Positions 47,171 to 58,439 of a DNA stretch of 64,000 nucleotides are shown here, piece after piece. The notes under the pieces were generated by a model. It was not told where the DNA came from. It did no database searches and was given only the letters and a program-made list of their open reading frames with translations. The stretch is from Guillardia theta CCMP2712 (taxonomy: Eukaryota > Protista > Cryptophyta): the NCBI RefSeq assembly GCF_000315625.1, contig NW_005434582.1, positions 152,768-216,767 on the forward strand, in the 5' to 3' direction. Position numbers and translations under genes: made by a program. Each line of letters opens with the position of its first letter. Position 1 is the stretch's first letter.

Positions 47171-48374
47171 TTACACCCAAGAGATGGCGCGTGCGCTGTC
47201 CATGGACAACATGAGTCCGGCATTGCCGTCCCAGGCACAGTCGTTCTGATCATAAGGATATCCCGACGAGACGTAGACTGTGGGTCCTTCCAGCTTGTTC
47301 GTGCAGTTGGCACAGACGCTATCAGCCGTGGAGTTGCATTGTGGCCTGCACTGTCCGATCTCACATGGAGTCGTGGCGCACATGGTACAGTTGTACTCTC
47401 CATGCATGTCCTTGTACATTCCTGGAGGACAAGGTTGACATCTGCACAGAACACCATCGAACGCAGGATACAACCCAGCATTGCAGGCTCACTGCAAGGT
47501 AAGATTTCTCCTGGTGCGCAAGTTCGAGATGTTGGATAAGCGGACAGCATACTGTCCTGCACCTTGCCCATCCACGATGCGTCTAGAAATATGAGAGGAA
47601 TGCCTGCGAGGTAGATTGCCTGCACTGACAATGGAAAATGCATCGTAACTGATACAGGAGATGTTGTTGTTTGTGATGTTGATGGTAGAGGCTGAGACAT
47701 TGGAGGCTCCATTGTAAATTGTTGTGAGCGCATTATTGGACAAATCCAAGACCGTCAGATTCATGAAGTTGGGAAAAGAGCTCTCGTCCAGAGAAGCAAT
47801 GCGGTTGAAGGAAAGGTTGAAGTAGACGAGACCAACGACTTAGTCAAACACATGAGGAGGGATGGACTCGATGTAATTGCCCGAGATGTCGAGGTTCTTC
47901 AATGACTGCAAACCTGCGAAGTCACCTTCTGATACCATCATCAGTTCGTTGTATGTTGAGGGAAACTAGAGAGTTCAGCTGGCCCATCCTGGGCTCACTT
48001 GTGGGATTGTTGTGTGAGAGATCCAACTCAGTCAGCTTGAACTTGAATCCAAGCATGCTGCTGTTACCGAAAGCACTCCGATCGGAGCTTTTGAGAACAA
48101 TATGAATAACAGGTTGACCGGCCTGTCAAGGCAGCCAAGCCGGAGAACAATCCTGCAGGGATTTCTTTGACCTGCCGCACTGCGCCGCCAAGGTCAAGGG
48201 CAGTGCAGTACCCCTGCAGCTCAACGACGCCCGTGATGACGGTGATCGGACATTACACTGGGAGCCGCATGTCACTATACTAAGCGGCATCGCATCTGCT
48301 CTCTTTCACCATCACCGCCGCCATGAGCGCCAGCACCAGCCCCGCCAATTTCAGTGTCGTGGGCCCCCCGCCAT
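47171..48374 (-). pseudogene. Pseudogene of a secreted LRR + Cys-rich (TNFR-like) surface protein
   Basis: One frame reads FAGLQSLKNLDISGNYIESIPPHVFD*VVGLVYFNLSFNRI...LDLSNNAL...LQ*ACNAGLY...CQPCPPGMYK...CTMCATTPCEIGQCRPQCNSTADSVCANC. In-frame stops at 47840-47842 and 47489-47491. The signal-like segment LAGLVLALMAAVMV is out of frame with the ATG at 48374. Confidence 0.75.
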
Positions 48375-48666
48375 AGTCAAACGATCGGACTCCTCACTTA
48401 CATAGTCATCGAGTCTACCGTACACGGAGCCCCCCGGCCCCGGCCCTACCGTAGTACCCCCGGGCCCCCCCACCCGGCCCGGGGCCGGGGCCCGGCTAGG
48501 CGTTTAACTCCCAGGCTACTATGATTCTCAGTTCCCCATCCGATCATTGTCCCGGTGGCCGACCGGGCCGGGCCTCAATCACCGTGGCACTGAACCGGGT
48601 AGCGGCCGGGATTCAGTTCAAGTGAACTCGCCCGGCCGTACCGTACGGTACTCTGTGAGTACTTGA

Positions 48667-48740
48667 ATTTTTAACTTAACTTTGAGTAAAGTAGACTCAG
48701 GGCCTCACCTGAGTCACCGTGGCTGAGCTCAAAGTTAAGT
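48667..48740 (-). repeat. Reverse copy of the TTTACTCAAAGTTAAGTTAAAAAT motif forming an inverted pair
   Basis: atttttaacttaactttgagtaaa (48667-48690) faces ctcaaagttaagt (48728-48740). An internal hairpin gactcagg...cctgagtc lies between them. Confidence 0.8.
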
Positions 48741-49656
48741 CGGCAGTGAGGGTCCGGGCCTCCGACCCGGTCCGACCGGGTCCGACGGCGAGGCTACTCT
48801 GAGAGTATTTCGTACCGTGCGGCGCATGTCAAAGAGCAGGCCAACCTCAGGATTACTACTTAGCAGAAAGGAGAAGACAGAAGTAACTGACCGAGGCCTA
48901 ATAGACAAAGAAAAGGGCAGCCTTCAATATCTTTTCTCAAAGATATGAACGGTAGCTAGGGCCTGTTTTATATGAGACCCCAGGCATGCGAAATCAGCGA
49001 TCAGTTGGGAATCATGCAATGGCGTGAAAATGGGATGAGCTACGATGAAGATGATCGTGACAGTGACTTCTCTTACAGAACAGTGATCAAGATTGAACAA
49101 CCCTCAAGTCCTGATCCGAGGCAGGAGACGCACTGTGACGCCGGCAGGCTGACAGGATCACGAAAGAATCAGGAAATAGTTCAGTGACATAGTTCAGTAA
49201 GGAGCCCTGCTGTCTGGGGGGCAACAGACGACGACTGAGACTGAGGTGCAAGCCGCGCAGATGCCGTGAGAGGACTGAGATGAGAGCAGCAGATGCAGTT
49301 AGAGGAGGAAAGCAGCACTGAACAAAGTGAGAGCAGCATTGAGCAACGGAAGTGACAGGATTGGGATAATTGTCAATAGCAGGAGATGCCTGTCACTGAT
49401 CCAGCAGCATCCTGGAGTTGGACGGGTAGAATGGCAGAAAGGGAGTTTAGCGAAAGAGAGTTTAGAGCTGTTGTGATACGTGTGATTATGCACGCGTGTC
49501 TGTTTCGACTTCGGTGGCCTGTTGGTAGCGTGAAGCATGTCAGTTGTTGAATGAGAAGGAATGAAGTTTGCTGAAATCTTGCTCATCGTTCTCAACAACT
49601 CAACAACGAGTAGATTCCTGCAGTACAAAGGCTGATCTGTGTGCGCAGCTGCCGAC

Positions 49657-51266
49657 ATGGATTCGGAAAAGCATGAGAGTGAGACTGCGAAGGAGCTGGT
49701 GAACGCACTCAAGAGTGAGCTTCAACGATCAAAGGAGCTGCAGGAGGAGATCGACATGTAAGTTTGCTGCGACTGCGAGATGGAGCTGATGAGAGCGCAT
49801 GTAACCAGCAAGGAGACAAGAATATCATCGCTGGAGTCAGAAATCCGCGATATGACAAGCACCTTCGACAGAGAGAAGTCGGATCTTCAGCGCGAACTGT
49901 TAGATGCTTCCTCTGAGCCTCACCCAATTGCTCATCATCTACCTGCTGCTTGCAGATCCATGAAATCTCAGCTCTACGAGAACGGCCTGACGATGATGCA
50001 CGAGATGCAGCAGGTCTGTAGGAAGAGGTTTGTTGTCGTTGTTGTCTGTCTCACTCTCTTTTCTCAGAGCCACAACGAGGTTGCTCTGCTCCCTCGTCTT
50101 CCTGTTTGAGTTTGTCATCGTCCCCTTGCAGGCTCAGGAGATCTTGTTCCAGAGGATCAAATTCCTCGAGGATCAGGTGGCTTGCCCGAGTTACTGAAGT
50201 GTGTCCAGTCGTTCACTCTTTCATGACGTCAGCTGGAGAAGGTCAGAACGGAGTTGTACAAAGCCAAGCAAGAGGCGCAGGAGATGTTGCTGTATAAGGT
50301 GACGAGGTGAAGAAAAGGCAAGGCCCGTGCTCTGAGCTCCTAGCAGGCAGAGGTCAACGATTTGAACGAGGCGTTGGAAGAACTAGAAAACGAGATGCAG
50401 ACGGTTCTTTGCTGCTTGCCTACTCCCAATGTGACTAGAGGACGGAAGGCGGTGACAGTAGCGTTGGACAAAGCTTACGACATGTTTGGAAAAGAGAAGA
50501 AGCAGGAATGGTTTGAATGCTGCCATGAAGCACGCTGACTCGCCTGCAGCTGGTGGAGAAGATCCAGAACTTGGAATGTGAAAGACAAGAAATGATTTCT
50601 AGCCATGTGAGTGAGTTGCCATTTGCCCGGCAAGGCGCACAGCCACCAACTAAGGCATCCCGACTTGTTTGCTACAGAGAGTGCAAGAAGACAACTCGGT
50701 CGAGCTCGAGCAAGCGCTGCGGGAGGTACAGCAGCTTAGGTCGCTGTCTGACAGCAGGGAGTCGCTCCTGAGGTCCCTATCCCCCACCTCCATCGAGAGC
50801 CGCTCGAGTCACCCTGAGCCCGCAGGATGTTGGAGGATGGGAGGCATATCGACCATGCGGGGATGCAGAAGTTGAGACGGGCAGGACGGTAGAAGCCGCC
50901 TGACTAGCTCGCCCTCGACGTCTAATGCTGCCCAGGATCATGCAGCCTCCTGAGAAGACGGGGCATCATCCTGCTCAGCCCCCGGCTAAACGCAAACCAG
51001 GCACGAGCAAGGACGGGAACGAGAGGCTGAGGGCGAGGAGCGGAGCAGCGCTAGTGGAGTCACCGAGGAGCGAGTCAAACCTCAAAGTCCCGGTGACTTT
51101 GACAGCAGTGACATCAGCTGGTGCTGACGTAGACTGTGAGCGACAGGCTTCAAGGACACCAGAGAATCTGCAGAGGGGAAGCGCGATAGTGGCCAAGAGG
51201 CGGACGGGGCCTCGTGAGATCCTGACAGGTAGACCTGAAGAAGCCGCTGAACTCGACCTGAGCTGA
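49657..51266 (+). CDS. Multi-exon coiled-coil hypothetical protein
   Basis: MDSEKHESETAKELVNALKSELQRSKELQEEID, KETRISSLESEIRDMTSTFDREKSDLQREL and EVNDLNEALEELENEMQ, separated by short introns. Boundaries approximate. Confidence 0.55.
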
Positions 51267-52329
51267 GCTTGCTTCCTTGAAGCTTCACAGCTGGACTGGA
51301 GCTCGTCATCGATACCTGAGGAAGATCATCACGACCGGGTTTCTGTTGAGGCTAGTGATCATGACATCTTCCCAGCTCTCCCCTGCTCGCCCGCCGCCGA
51401 GCTGCAGTCGATCAGCACCTGCGAGTGATCGTCTGACTCCTAACGCTCCAAGTCGGACTGAGTCAAGGCTGGCAGCGACTCATCATAGTACAACTCGGCG
51501 GCTTCACACAGTATTAAATCGTTCAACTGCCACGATAGACTTGGCTGTGAACACTGGGAGCTTCCCAGGGCAGCCCCGCCGCCGCCCGCCGCCGCGGGCC
51601 CAGTCGCGGCCCGCGGCCGCGGCGCTCCGGTCAGTCCGAGACCCTCGCTCTGTGACAGTGAAGGCTCCGGGCGAGTTCGGATTCAGTTCCGAAGTTCAAA
51701 CCGGCGGTTCCTTGCCAAGTGGGCCCGAGCCGGGCACCGTCCGCCGGGGCTCCCCGGGGCCCGGTACGCTCGCCGCCGAGTCAGCCTCGGAGACTCGGTC
51801 CGGGCTGCCGGGTCCACTGAGCCCGGCGACGGCGGCCTGTGACACTGCCGTGACAACAGCCTGGCAGTGTGACAATACCGTACGGTACTGGCCGCCGGGC
51901 CGGGCAATACTGGCCGGGCAGATACTGGTGACAATACACGATTCAGGGTGGGGATGAGGGCCCTGAGAGAGGAATGGCGGGAAGGAGGGAGGAAGAGATT
52001 GGAGGAGGGAGGAGGAGTAGGAGGATGAAAGAGCAGTCAGATTATGATCAGAATGTAGAGATCGATTTCTTCTCCCATGACCCGCCTCCTCTACTTCTTC
52101 TCACCCTCCTCTTCCCTGCGTTTCCCTGCATTTCCCTGCGTTTCCTCAGCTAGTCAACTAGATGCGCTCCTATCGTAAAGGAAGGCCCAGGACAGTTTGC
52201 AAGCGAATGCTCCGTCCTTCAAACCAGCATGCACAACTATGAGAGGGTTTGGCCATGGAAAGCAATTGATGCGCTGGAGATCATGAGCAATCACTATCTC
52301 ATTCACACAATCATGCGTGGGTTGCAGGT

Positions 52330-54317
52330 TCGGCATGGGAAAAGGAGGAGGTTACGAAGTCACGATCACAGGCATCAACAGGATGGAGAAGGTGGAGTTG
52401 ACTTGCTGCATGCTGATTGACCTTTCATCACTCCTCTGCATTCTTAGGCTAGGTCAGCAAGGCCTACGGACCTGCGGGCAACCCTATCGTCTACCCCTCA
52501 CGTCAAGGATCTGAGATCCATGCTGTCCAATCGCTCCAATCAGCCACCGGTAGCCTGTGCTTCTCTACGATGCCATGGTGACCCTCTTCCTCCAGCAGGC
52601 GCAGCCAGCTGCTGACCAGAGCCAGGTGATCTGAACACGTCTCCTCCCCTGGATGCTAGTTAAGGGCATGACGGGGCGGTGCTGCAGCAAACGAAGCAGC
52701 TGTTCTCTCGGAAGAGGAGGAATGAGGAGCTGCAGGCGAACGAGGCTCCTCCTCCCACGGTCTCTCTCGGTCTTGACGGCTTCAGGAGGGAGCGCTGACT
52801 CGGCGTTGCAGCCTCAGGCCAACCCAGTGGAAGAACCCAAGGCAGATAGTCCGCTGACGCAGGCGAGGATGAAGATCAGAGATCTTAGACAGCAGGTCCG
52901 GTATCTCTCGCGTCTCTCACTTCGCTCACATTGTCGCTGTTTTGGCAGTTGGATGACTTGAAGCAACAGAGGGTTGCTGTGGAAGCCAAGGTAGAGAATG
53001 AAAACAGCGCACTGTCGTCTGTCTTTCAAAGTGTTCGCAATCCATGTGATGTGAGGGCTGCATGTAGTTAGCAGGACTCAAGAAGAGCGAAATGCATGCC
53101 GAGACGAAAGCCACCTTGCTAAAGGAGATCTCTCAGGTTCGTCGAGACGGTTCTTTCGCTGTTCCTCTGTTTCTGAGGTACTGTCAGATGAAAGAAGAAA
53201 TCAAGAAAGCGAGAAAGGTTTACATCAGGGAAGTCTCAATCACAAATGATTGGATCACCCAGGAATCGACAGATGTAGCTAACCAGAAGTCGGACTTAGA
53301 GACGGTTTTTTCCTATCTCCTCATCTCTCTTCCATGACTTTTGCCTCCATAGATGACTCAACAACTTCAAAGAGAAGTTGACAAACGCTCTGATGAAAGT
53401 GTGCAAGATTGGTATGGTCCTATCTTACATCTCCTAAAATTATGTCGAAGGGGAGTCACTGATTGCGGATCTGCGCTCTGCCAACGAGGAGAGGTGCGGA
53501 TGGAGGAGGAAGAAAAAGCGGATTGTCAGAGAACGACTAACCCTGCGAGCAGGAAGCAACTCCATCGGATGCTCGAGCGCTATTACGAGCACAGCAGCAT
53601 CTCCCATGGACGAGACGTCTCCTCCTCTCGGGACGAGGTTGGGAGAGAACGTGTGCGCCTGCCGCGCTGACCAGATCCTTCAGGCCCAGAGCGTCACACG
53701 GTTGTACTCCTCCCCGAGGGAGTCGTCCAAAGATTTGCCGAGGGACTCGAGGGCCTCTTCTCGAGAGATCTCGAGAGATATCCCCAAGGATACATCTAGA
53801 GACATACAAAGGGATGGCTCCAGGAGGGATTCCTACAGAGAGATGCCGAGGGAGTTCCCTAGGGAGTCAACCAGAGACAGTCAGAGAGATATCCCGAGGG
53901 ATACGTCTAGAGATATCCTGAGGGATACGTCTAGAGATATCCCGAGGGATACGGCTAGAGACATTGCAAGAGATCGGCCAAGGGAGTCAACGAGGGATAT
54001 GGTGCTAGAGGTGTTGCGATCACAAGACAAGGAGTGACGTTTCCTGTTCAGCGCGACGAGCGAAAAGAAGATCGTCGTTCGACTTATGACGATGGGAGAT
54101 CCCGCAAACGGTACACGCGATACCAAATGTTGTCCGCACTGCATCTGACGGAGATTGGACGCAGCGAGAGCTCTAGTCATGGTGGATACCGGAGGCAGGA
54201 TCGCGGACGAGAGGATAGGGGCGAGTGGAGCGTTTTGCACTGAAACGATGTGACAGCATAGGGACTCAGTCTATATCAGCTCGTGGCTGGGATGGTGGTG
54301 ACAACATTGTCTACTAA
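52330..54317 (+). CDS. Multi-exon hypothetical protein with a coiled coil and an Arg/Asp/Glu repeat tail
   Basis: Exons such as SPLTQARMKIRDLRQQ, MHAETKATLLKEISQ|MKEEIKKARK and RKQLHRMLERYYE; tail of RDIPRDTS repeats. Boundaries uncertain. Confidence 0.5.
53716..54000 (+). repeat. Coding 12/24-nt tandem repeat encoding (R[DE]xx)n
   Basis: agagatatcccgagggatacgtct units give SRDIPRDTSRDILRDTSRDIPRDTARDIARD. Confidence 0.85.
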
Positions 54318-54392
54318 CAACAAAAATAACATGACACAACAACTATCTACAAATCTCTCCCTGTGCGGCACAGCCGCTCCATCCAGTTTCCC

Positions 54393-55160
54393 CTACCCAC
54401 TTGTACCTTGCGTCCCAAAACTCCGACATTCTTTGCAGGTACCCGAGCTCTCGGCCCGCGTGCACATGCACTTGTTGCAGATCTTGTACGCTATCTTCAT
54501 CATCTCCGTGTACTCCTCCAAGCTCAGCTCCCCGTCCCCGTCCGCATCGAACTCCTCCAAGATCTTCACCACCTGCGCACCGTCCTCGTCAACCCCCGTG
54601 ACAAGGAGAGAGCATGGCGCAGCAGCGCTGCTCACCTCTTCTTCGGTGTATCCTCCGGGGAACACCATCGCCTGCATCAGGTCGTGAGCCGCCACGAGAA
54701 ACATGGAGGAGGAGCGATTGCTCCTGGGAGAGGACTGCACCTCGATCAGAGCTTCCCGTGATATCGTCCTGCCCCCCCGCGAATGCAACTCGAATAGCTG
54801 CTTGATCTCGTCGAGCTGCGACTTGAGCAGAACGACGCTGGGTGTGCTACGTGAGTCCTTGCTTTCACCCGCTTGCTCCCTTAGGAAGCTCTGAATGGCA
54901 GAGGGGCTTGCGCCAGGATACACGAACTGAAGCATCTCCTTGAAGTCTATTCTTCCATCGTTGTTTCTGTCCATGTTGTCGTGCGCTACCATTATGCCCA
55001 TCATGCGGACGAAGACGGCAAACTCGCTCGAGTCTAGGGATCCGTTCTTGTCCGTGTCGAGCTCATCAAACAATTGCTTTACCTTGAGAAAATCCTTCCT
55101 GTTCAGTTTCAGGTGCTTCCTCTTGCTTGTGGTGGATGTTGAAGGAGATTTGGCCGACAT
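54393..55160 (-). CDS. EF-hand (calmodulin-like) protein with a C-terminal CxxCxC...CxxC tail, copy 1; 2 introns
   Basis: EF loops DTDKNGSLDSSE, DRNNDGRIDFKE and DADGDGELSLEE. Tail CNKCMCTRAESSGTCKEC. Confidence 0.88.
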   Translation of the reverse strand: MSAKSPSTSTTSKRKHLKLNRKDFLKVKQLFDELDTDKNGSLDSSEFAVFVRMMGIMVAHDNMDRNNDGRIDFKEMLQFVYPGASPSAIQSFLREQAGESKDSRSTPSVVLLKSQLDEIKQLFELHSRGGRTISREALIEVQSSPRSNRSSSMFLVAAHDLMQAMVFPGGYTEEEVSSAAAPCSLLVTGVDEDGAQVVKILEEFDADGDGELSLEEYTEMMKIAYKICNKCMCTRAESSGTCKECRSFGTQGTSG

Positions 55161-56704
55161 GCTATCTGAGAGGACGGAGGAACGAAGTGATAACGATGAA
55201 GCTAACTAGTTGAGAGTATGAGAGAAAGCCTGAGAAAGCATGGTCAGCGATCTGTGAAAAAGTTTTGTTGATGTCCTCATAGAGAGAGAGAGGAAAAAAG
55301 AATGTACTGAGAAGCCTCTTTGACTGGGCATAACCGTCTAACTGCATAACCGTCTAAATGCTCTACCATTCACCCCGAGACTCATTGCCGAGGGTCTGCT
55401 CTAGCTGAATCCCTCCCGTCCTTCTCTTGCCGCATCCTTCTCTTGCCGCATCCTCCCCCAACAACTTGCAGTTTTATCTCACTTTTGGAGGTGAACTGAC
55501 GATAAATAAGTGATACCCCGAGTACGGACCCCAAATTGAGGGTGGGGTACATCACCCCCACCCCCTAATGAGACCATGAAGTACCTCAGAGATTGACCGG
55601 AACTCCTCGAGTTGGGGCTGATAGGGGTGGTCGCAAAGTCAACATCCTGGGTGGCATTTCCGAGCATGGGGGTGGGGTGGGTGGGGTAGAAAACGTACCA
55701 GGTACCCCTTCCGGTCCCGGTCCTTGTGACCTCTCTCTACCCTCCTTTCCTACTCAAAGTCTAGGGTAGGGTAGCGGGAAATCCTTCCTCTGAGGTAGGT
55801 AGGGGTACTCAGACAGAGAACTTTTAAAAATGTAACTTTCAGAGGGCCCCCGGTATGTTGGGGGGGGTTGGGGTGGTACTCGGAATTTCCTTACGGTGAC
55901 ACCAGGGGTACACTACAACAGGTGACAGTGGTGAAATAGGGGTAGGGGTAGGGGGTACCAGGGGTCGCACATGTAAGTTAAGTTGGATCGACACGTTGAT
56001 CCAATTTTTGGCCTCACTGCCTGCGCTCAGACGCGGTTCCGATTCCGTGGGTGATGAGAGTGCCAGGTGGGGTGGGATGATTGTAGTATGAGGTATGGGT
56101 GGGGTAGTGATGTGACGGTGTGTGGGGTAGTGGTCCTTGATGCGCGGCCTGCTGTAGGTGGTACTGGCCCGGATGACCGTCATGACAGTCAGTCATCCCC
56201 GTCCAGCCCTTTGAATTGAGGGGGTGGGGTACTACCCCCATAGTTGAAGAATAATTGTTGGTTCTCTGCACCCCTCCTACCCGGCGTCTCTCCATGTGTC
56301 AATTGAGTCGGGTACGGTGGGTGGGCTGTGCGGTGAGGACGGAGGGGTGGGTAGTCTTAGCAGGCCGAAAGTGGACAAGAAAAAGGTTCGCTGTGACTTT
56401 TTATATTTGTCAGAGGTACTAGTGGAAAGGACGGGTGTGTATGAAGGGGGTAGTGCAAAGGAGGGGTACAGGAGAAGCCATCTGACGTGTGATGGGTGTA
56501 GCTGCAAAAAACAAGCCTTGTGATGGCTTCAAAAGAAGGTGAGGCTTGTCGAGGGTAGTTACGAATATCGAAACAGAGGTGGAACAGGGGTGGGTTCACC
56601 GTCATGGCAGGTCCTGCGGAGAGGATAGGAGGGGTATTTTTAGTTGAGTCCTCTTTGATCCCCACTCTGATGACTAGATAAATCGCTATTCCCGGCATTA
56701 TTAT

Positions 56705-56726
56705 ATTTACTCAATGTTGAGTAAAT
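56705..56726. promoter_or_regulatory. Perfect 10-bp inverted repeat ATTTACTCAA-TG-TTGAGTAAAT within a cluster of TTTACTCAA-like sites
   Basis: Read directly. Further half-sites at about 56751, 56845 and 56901. A regulatory role is inferred only. Confidence 0.45.
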
Positions 56727-57648
56727 CAATCGAGCGTGCTTCCTACCATGTTTTACTCAACTTTGGTTAAATTCGTGATTGTGACTTGCACAAAACTGCG
56801 GCCAGGGGTTCAGTGACTTCCGGAAGTCATATCTTTAGTCAACTTTGAGTAAAGTTTCCTCAGTTCAGTTCCCGAGTCAACTTGAAGAACTTCGGAAGTT
56901 TTCACTCAACTTGGCAAAGTTGAAAGTCACTGAGTGCCAGTGACCGGGACGAGTCACCAAGTTCGCCGTCACGCCGATATTGAATCATCGGATCGCCAGT
57001 AGGAGTCCGATCCGATGATCAGAGCCACGTCGGGGGCCGCTGCCAGCGGCCGGCCGCGCCGGCGCCGGCCTGCAGTGCCAGGCTGGCCCGGCGGCTCTCA
57101 GTCACGGTGGGGCGGCGGCGCCGCGGGCGAGTCTGCCCGGCCATCCGGCCGAGCCGCCGCGATGATCCGACCGGCGGCCTCGTACTACACTAACTTGTAA
57201 CTTAGTAAGTCGAACGGCGATGATCGGATCACATGGCCCGGCGCAGTGCTGCCGCGTGATCCGGGACCGAGTCCGGCGGCACTGGGCAGCCTGCCAGGCC
57301 TTCGGCGCCGCGCGGCCGCCGCGCCCGGCCGCGGCAGCCGCTCAGTAGTACGGTACCGTACTCCGTACTGCCCCCCGTGCCGCCGCCGGCCGGCACTGTG
57401 GCACACGCCGACGGCGGCGGTCACCGGGTGTGCGGCCGGCGCGGCCCGGCCCGGCAACGCGGCAATTTGTGATGCTAGTAACATTATTCATGACTCAGTG
57501 GCAAAAATAACAGTATTCAGATCTTACTATGATAACATGAAACAGACAATTAATATACAATTCCGTGGCTCCGAACCTTGAACTCTCCATCGTGTACACG
57601 ACCTCAGCCTGTGCGCTACTGCAGTGCCTCACTGAGGCTTTGAGTTCC

Positions 57649-58439
57649 TCACAGTCCGTTAGTTCCAATTTTCTGCCGTTGACAGTCCGGGCAATGACCA
57701 ATGCTAAGTGACCTCGTGCACATGCACTTGTTGCAGATCTTGTACGCTATCTTCATCATCTCCGTGTACTCCTCCAAGCTCAGCTCCCCGTCCCCGTCCG
57801 CATCGAACTCCTCCAAGATCTTCACCACCTGCGCACCGTCCTCGTCAACCCCCGTGACAAGCAGAGAGCATGGCGCAGCAGCGCTGCTCACCTCTTCTTC
57901 GGTGTATCCTCCGGGGAACACCATCGCCTGCATCAGGTCGTGAGCCGCCACGAGGCACGCTGAGGAGGAGCTAGCTGCGAGGACCGCACCTTGATCAGTC
58001 CCTTCCGCGTGATGGTCCTCTCGCCGCGCGCGTGAAACTCAAAGAGCTGTTTGATCTCGTCGAGCTGCGATTGAAGAAGACTATCGCTGGACGAACTGTC
58101 CTGGTCTTTGTCGTCAGCTTCGTGCTCCCGGCAGATGCTCTGAATGGCCGAGGGGCTTGCATCAGGATATACGAACTGAAGCATCTCCTTGAAGTCGATG
58201 ACGCCGTCGTGATTCTTATCAATGCTCTCATGGGATACCATGATGCCCATCTTGCGGATGAAGACAGCAAACTCGCCCGAGTCTAGGGATCCGTTCTTGT
58301 CCGTGTCGAGCTCATCAAACATATTCTTCAGCTTGAGGAAGTCTCTCCTGCATAGCTTCGGTTGCTTGAGACTCTTCATGCTCTTCATGCTCTTCATGCT
58401 CTTCATGCTGGGTTGTGTAGGAACAAATTTGACCGACAT
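57649..58439 (-). CDS. EF-hand (calmodulin-like) protein with a Cys-rich tail, copy 2; 2 introns
   Basis: EF loops DTDKNGSLDSGE, DKNHDGVIDFKE and DADGDGELSLEE. Tail CNKCMCTRSLSIGHCPDC. N-terminal (SMK)4 arises from a 9-nt tandem repeat. Confidence 0.88.

Noticed and set aside
47489-47491. In-frame TGA as selenocysteine or recoded Trp
   Set aside because: The same frame also has an in-frame TAA and there are frameshifts; other genes here use TGA as stop. Pseudogenisation is the simpler explanation.
51277-51957. Pro/Arg/Ala-rich ORFs in GC-rich spacers (also 13530-13985, 57015-57581, 59563-60060)
   Set aside because: Stop-poor CCGG-rich intergenic tracts without codon bias or domains.
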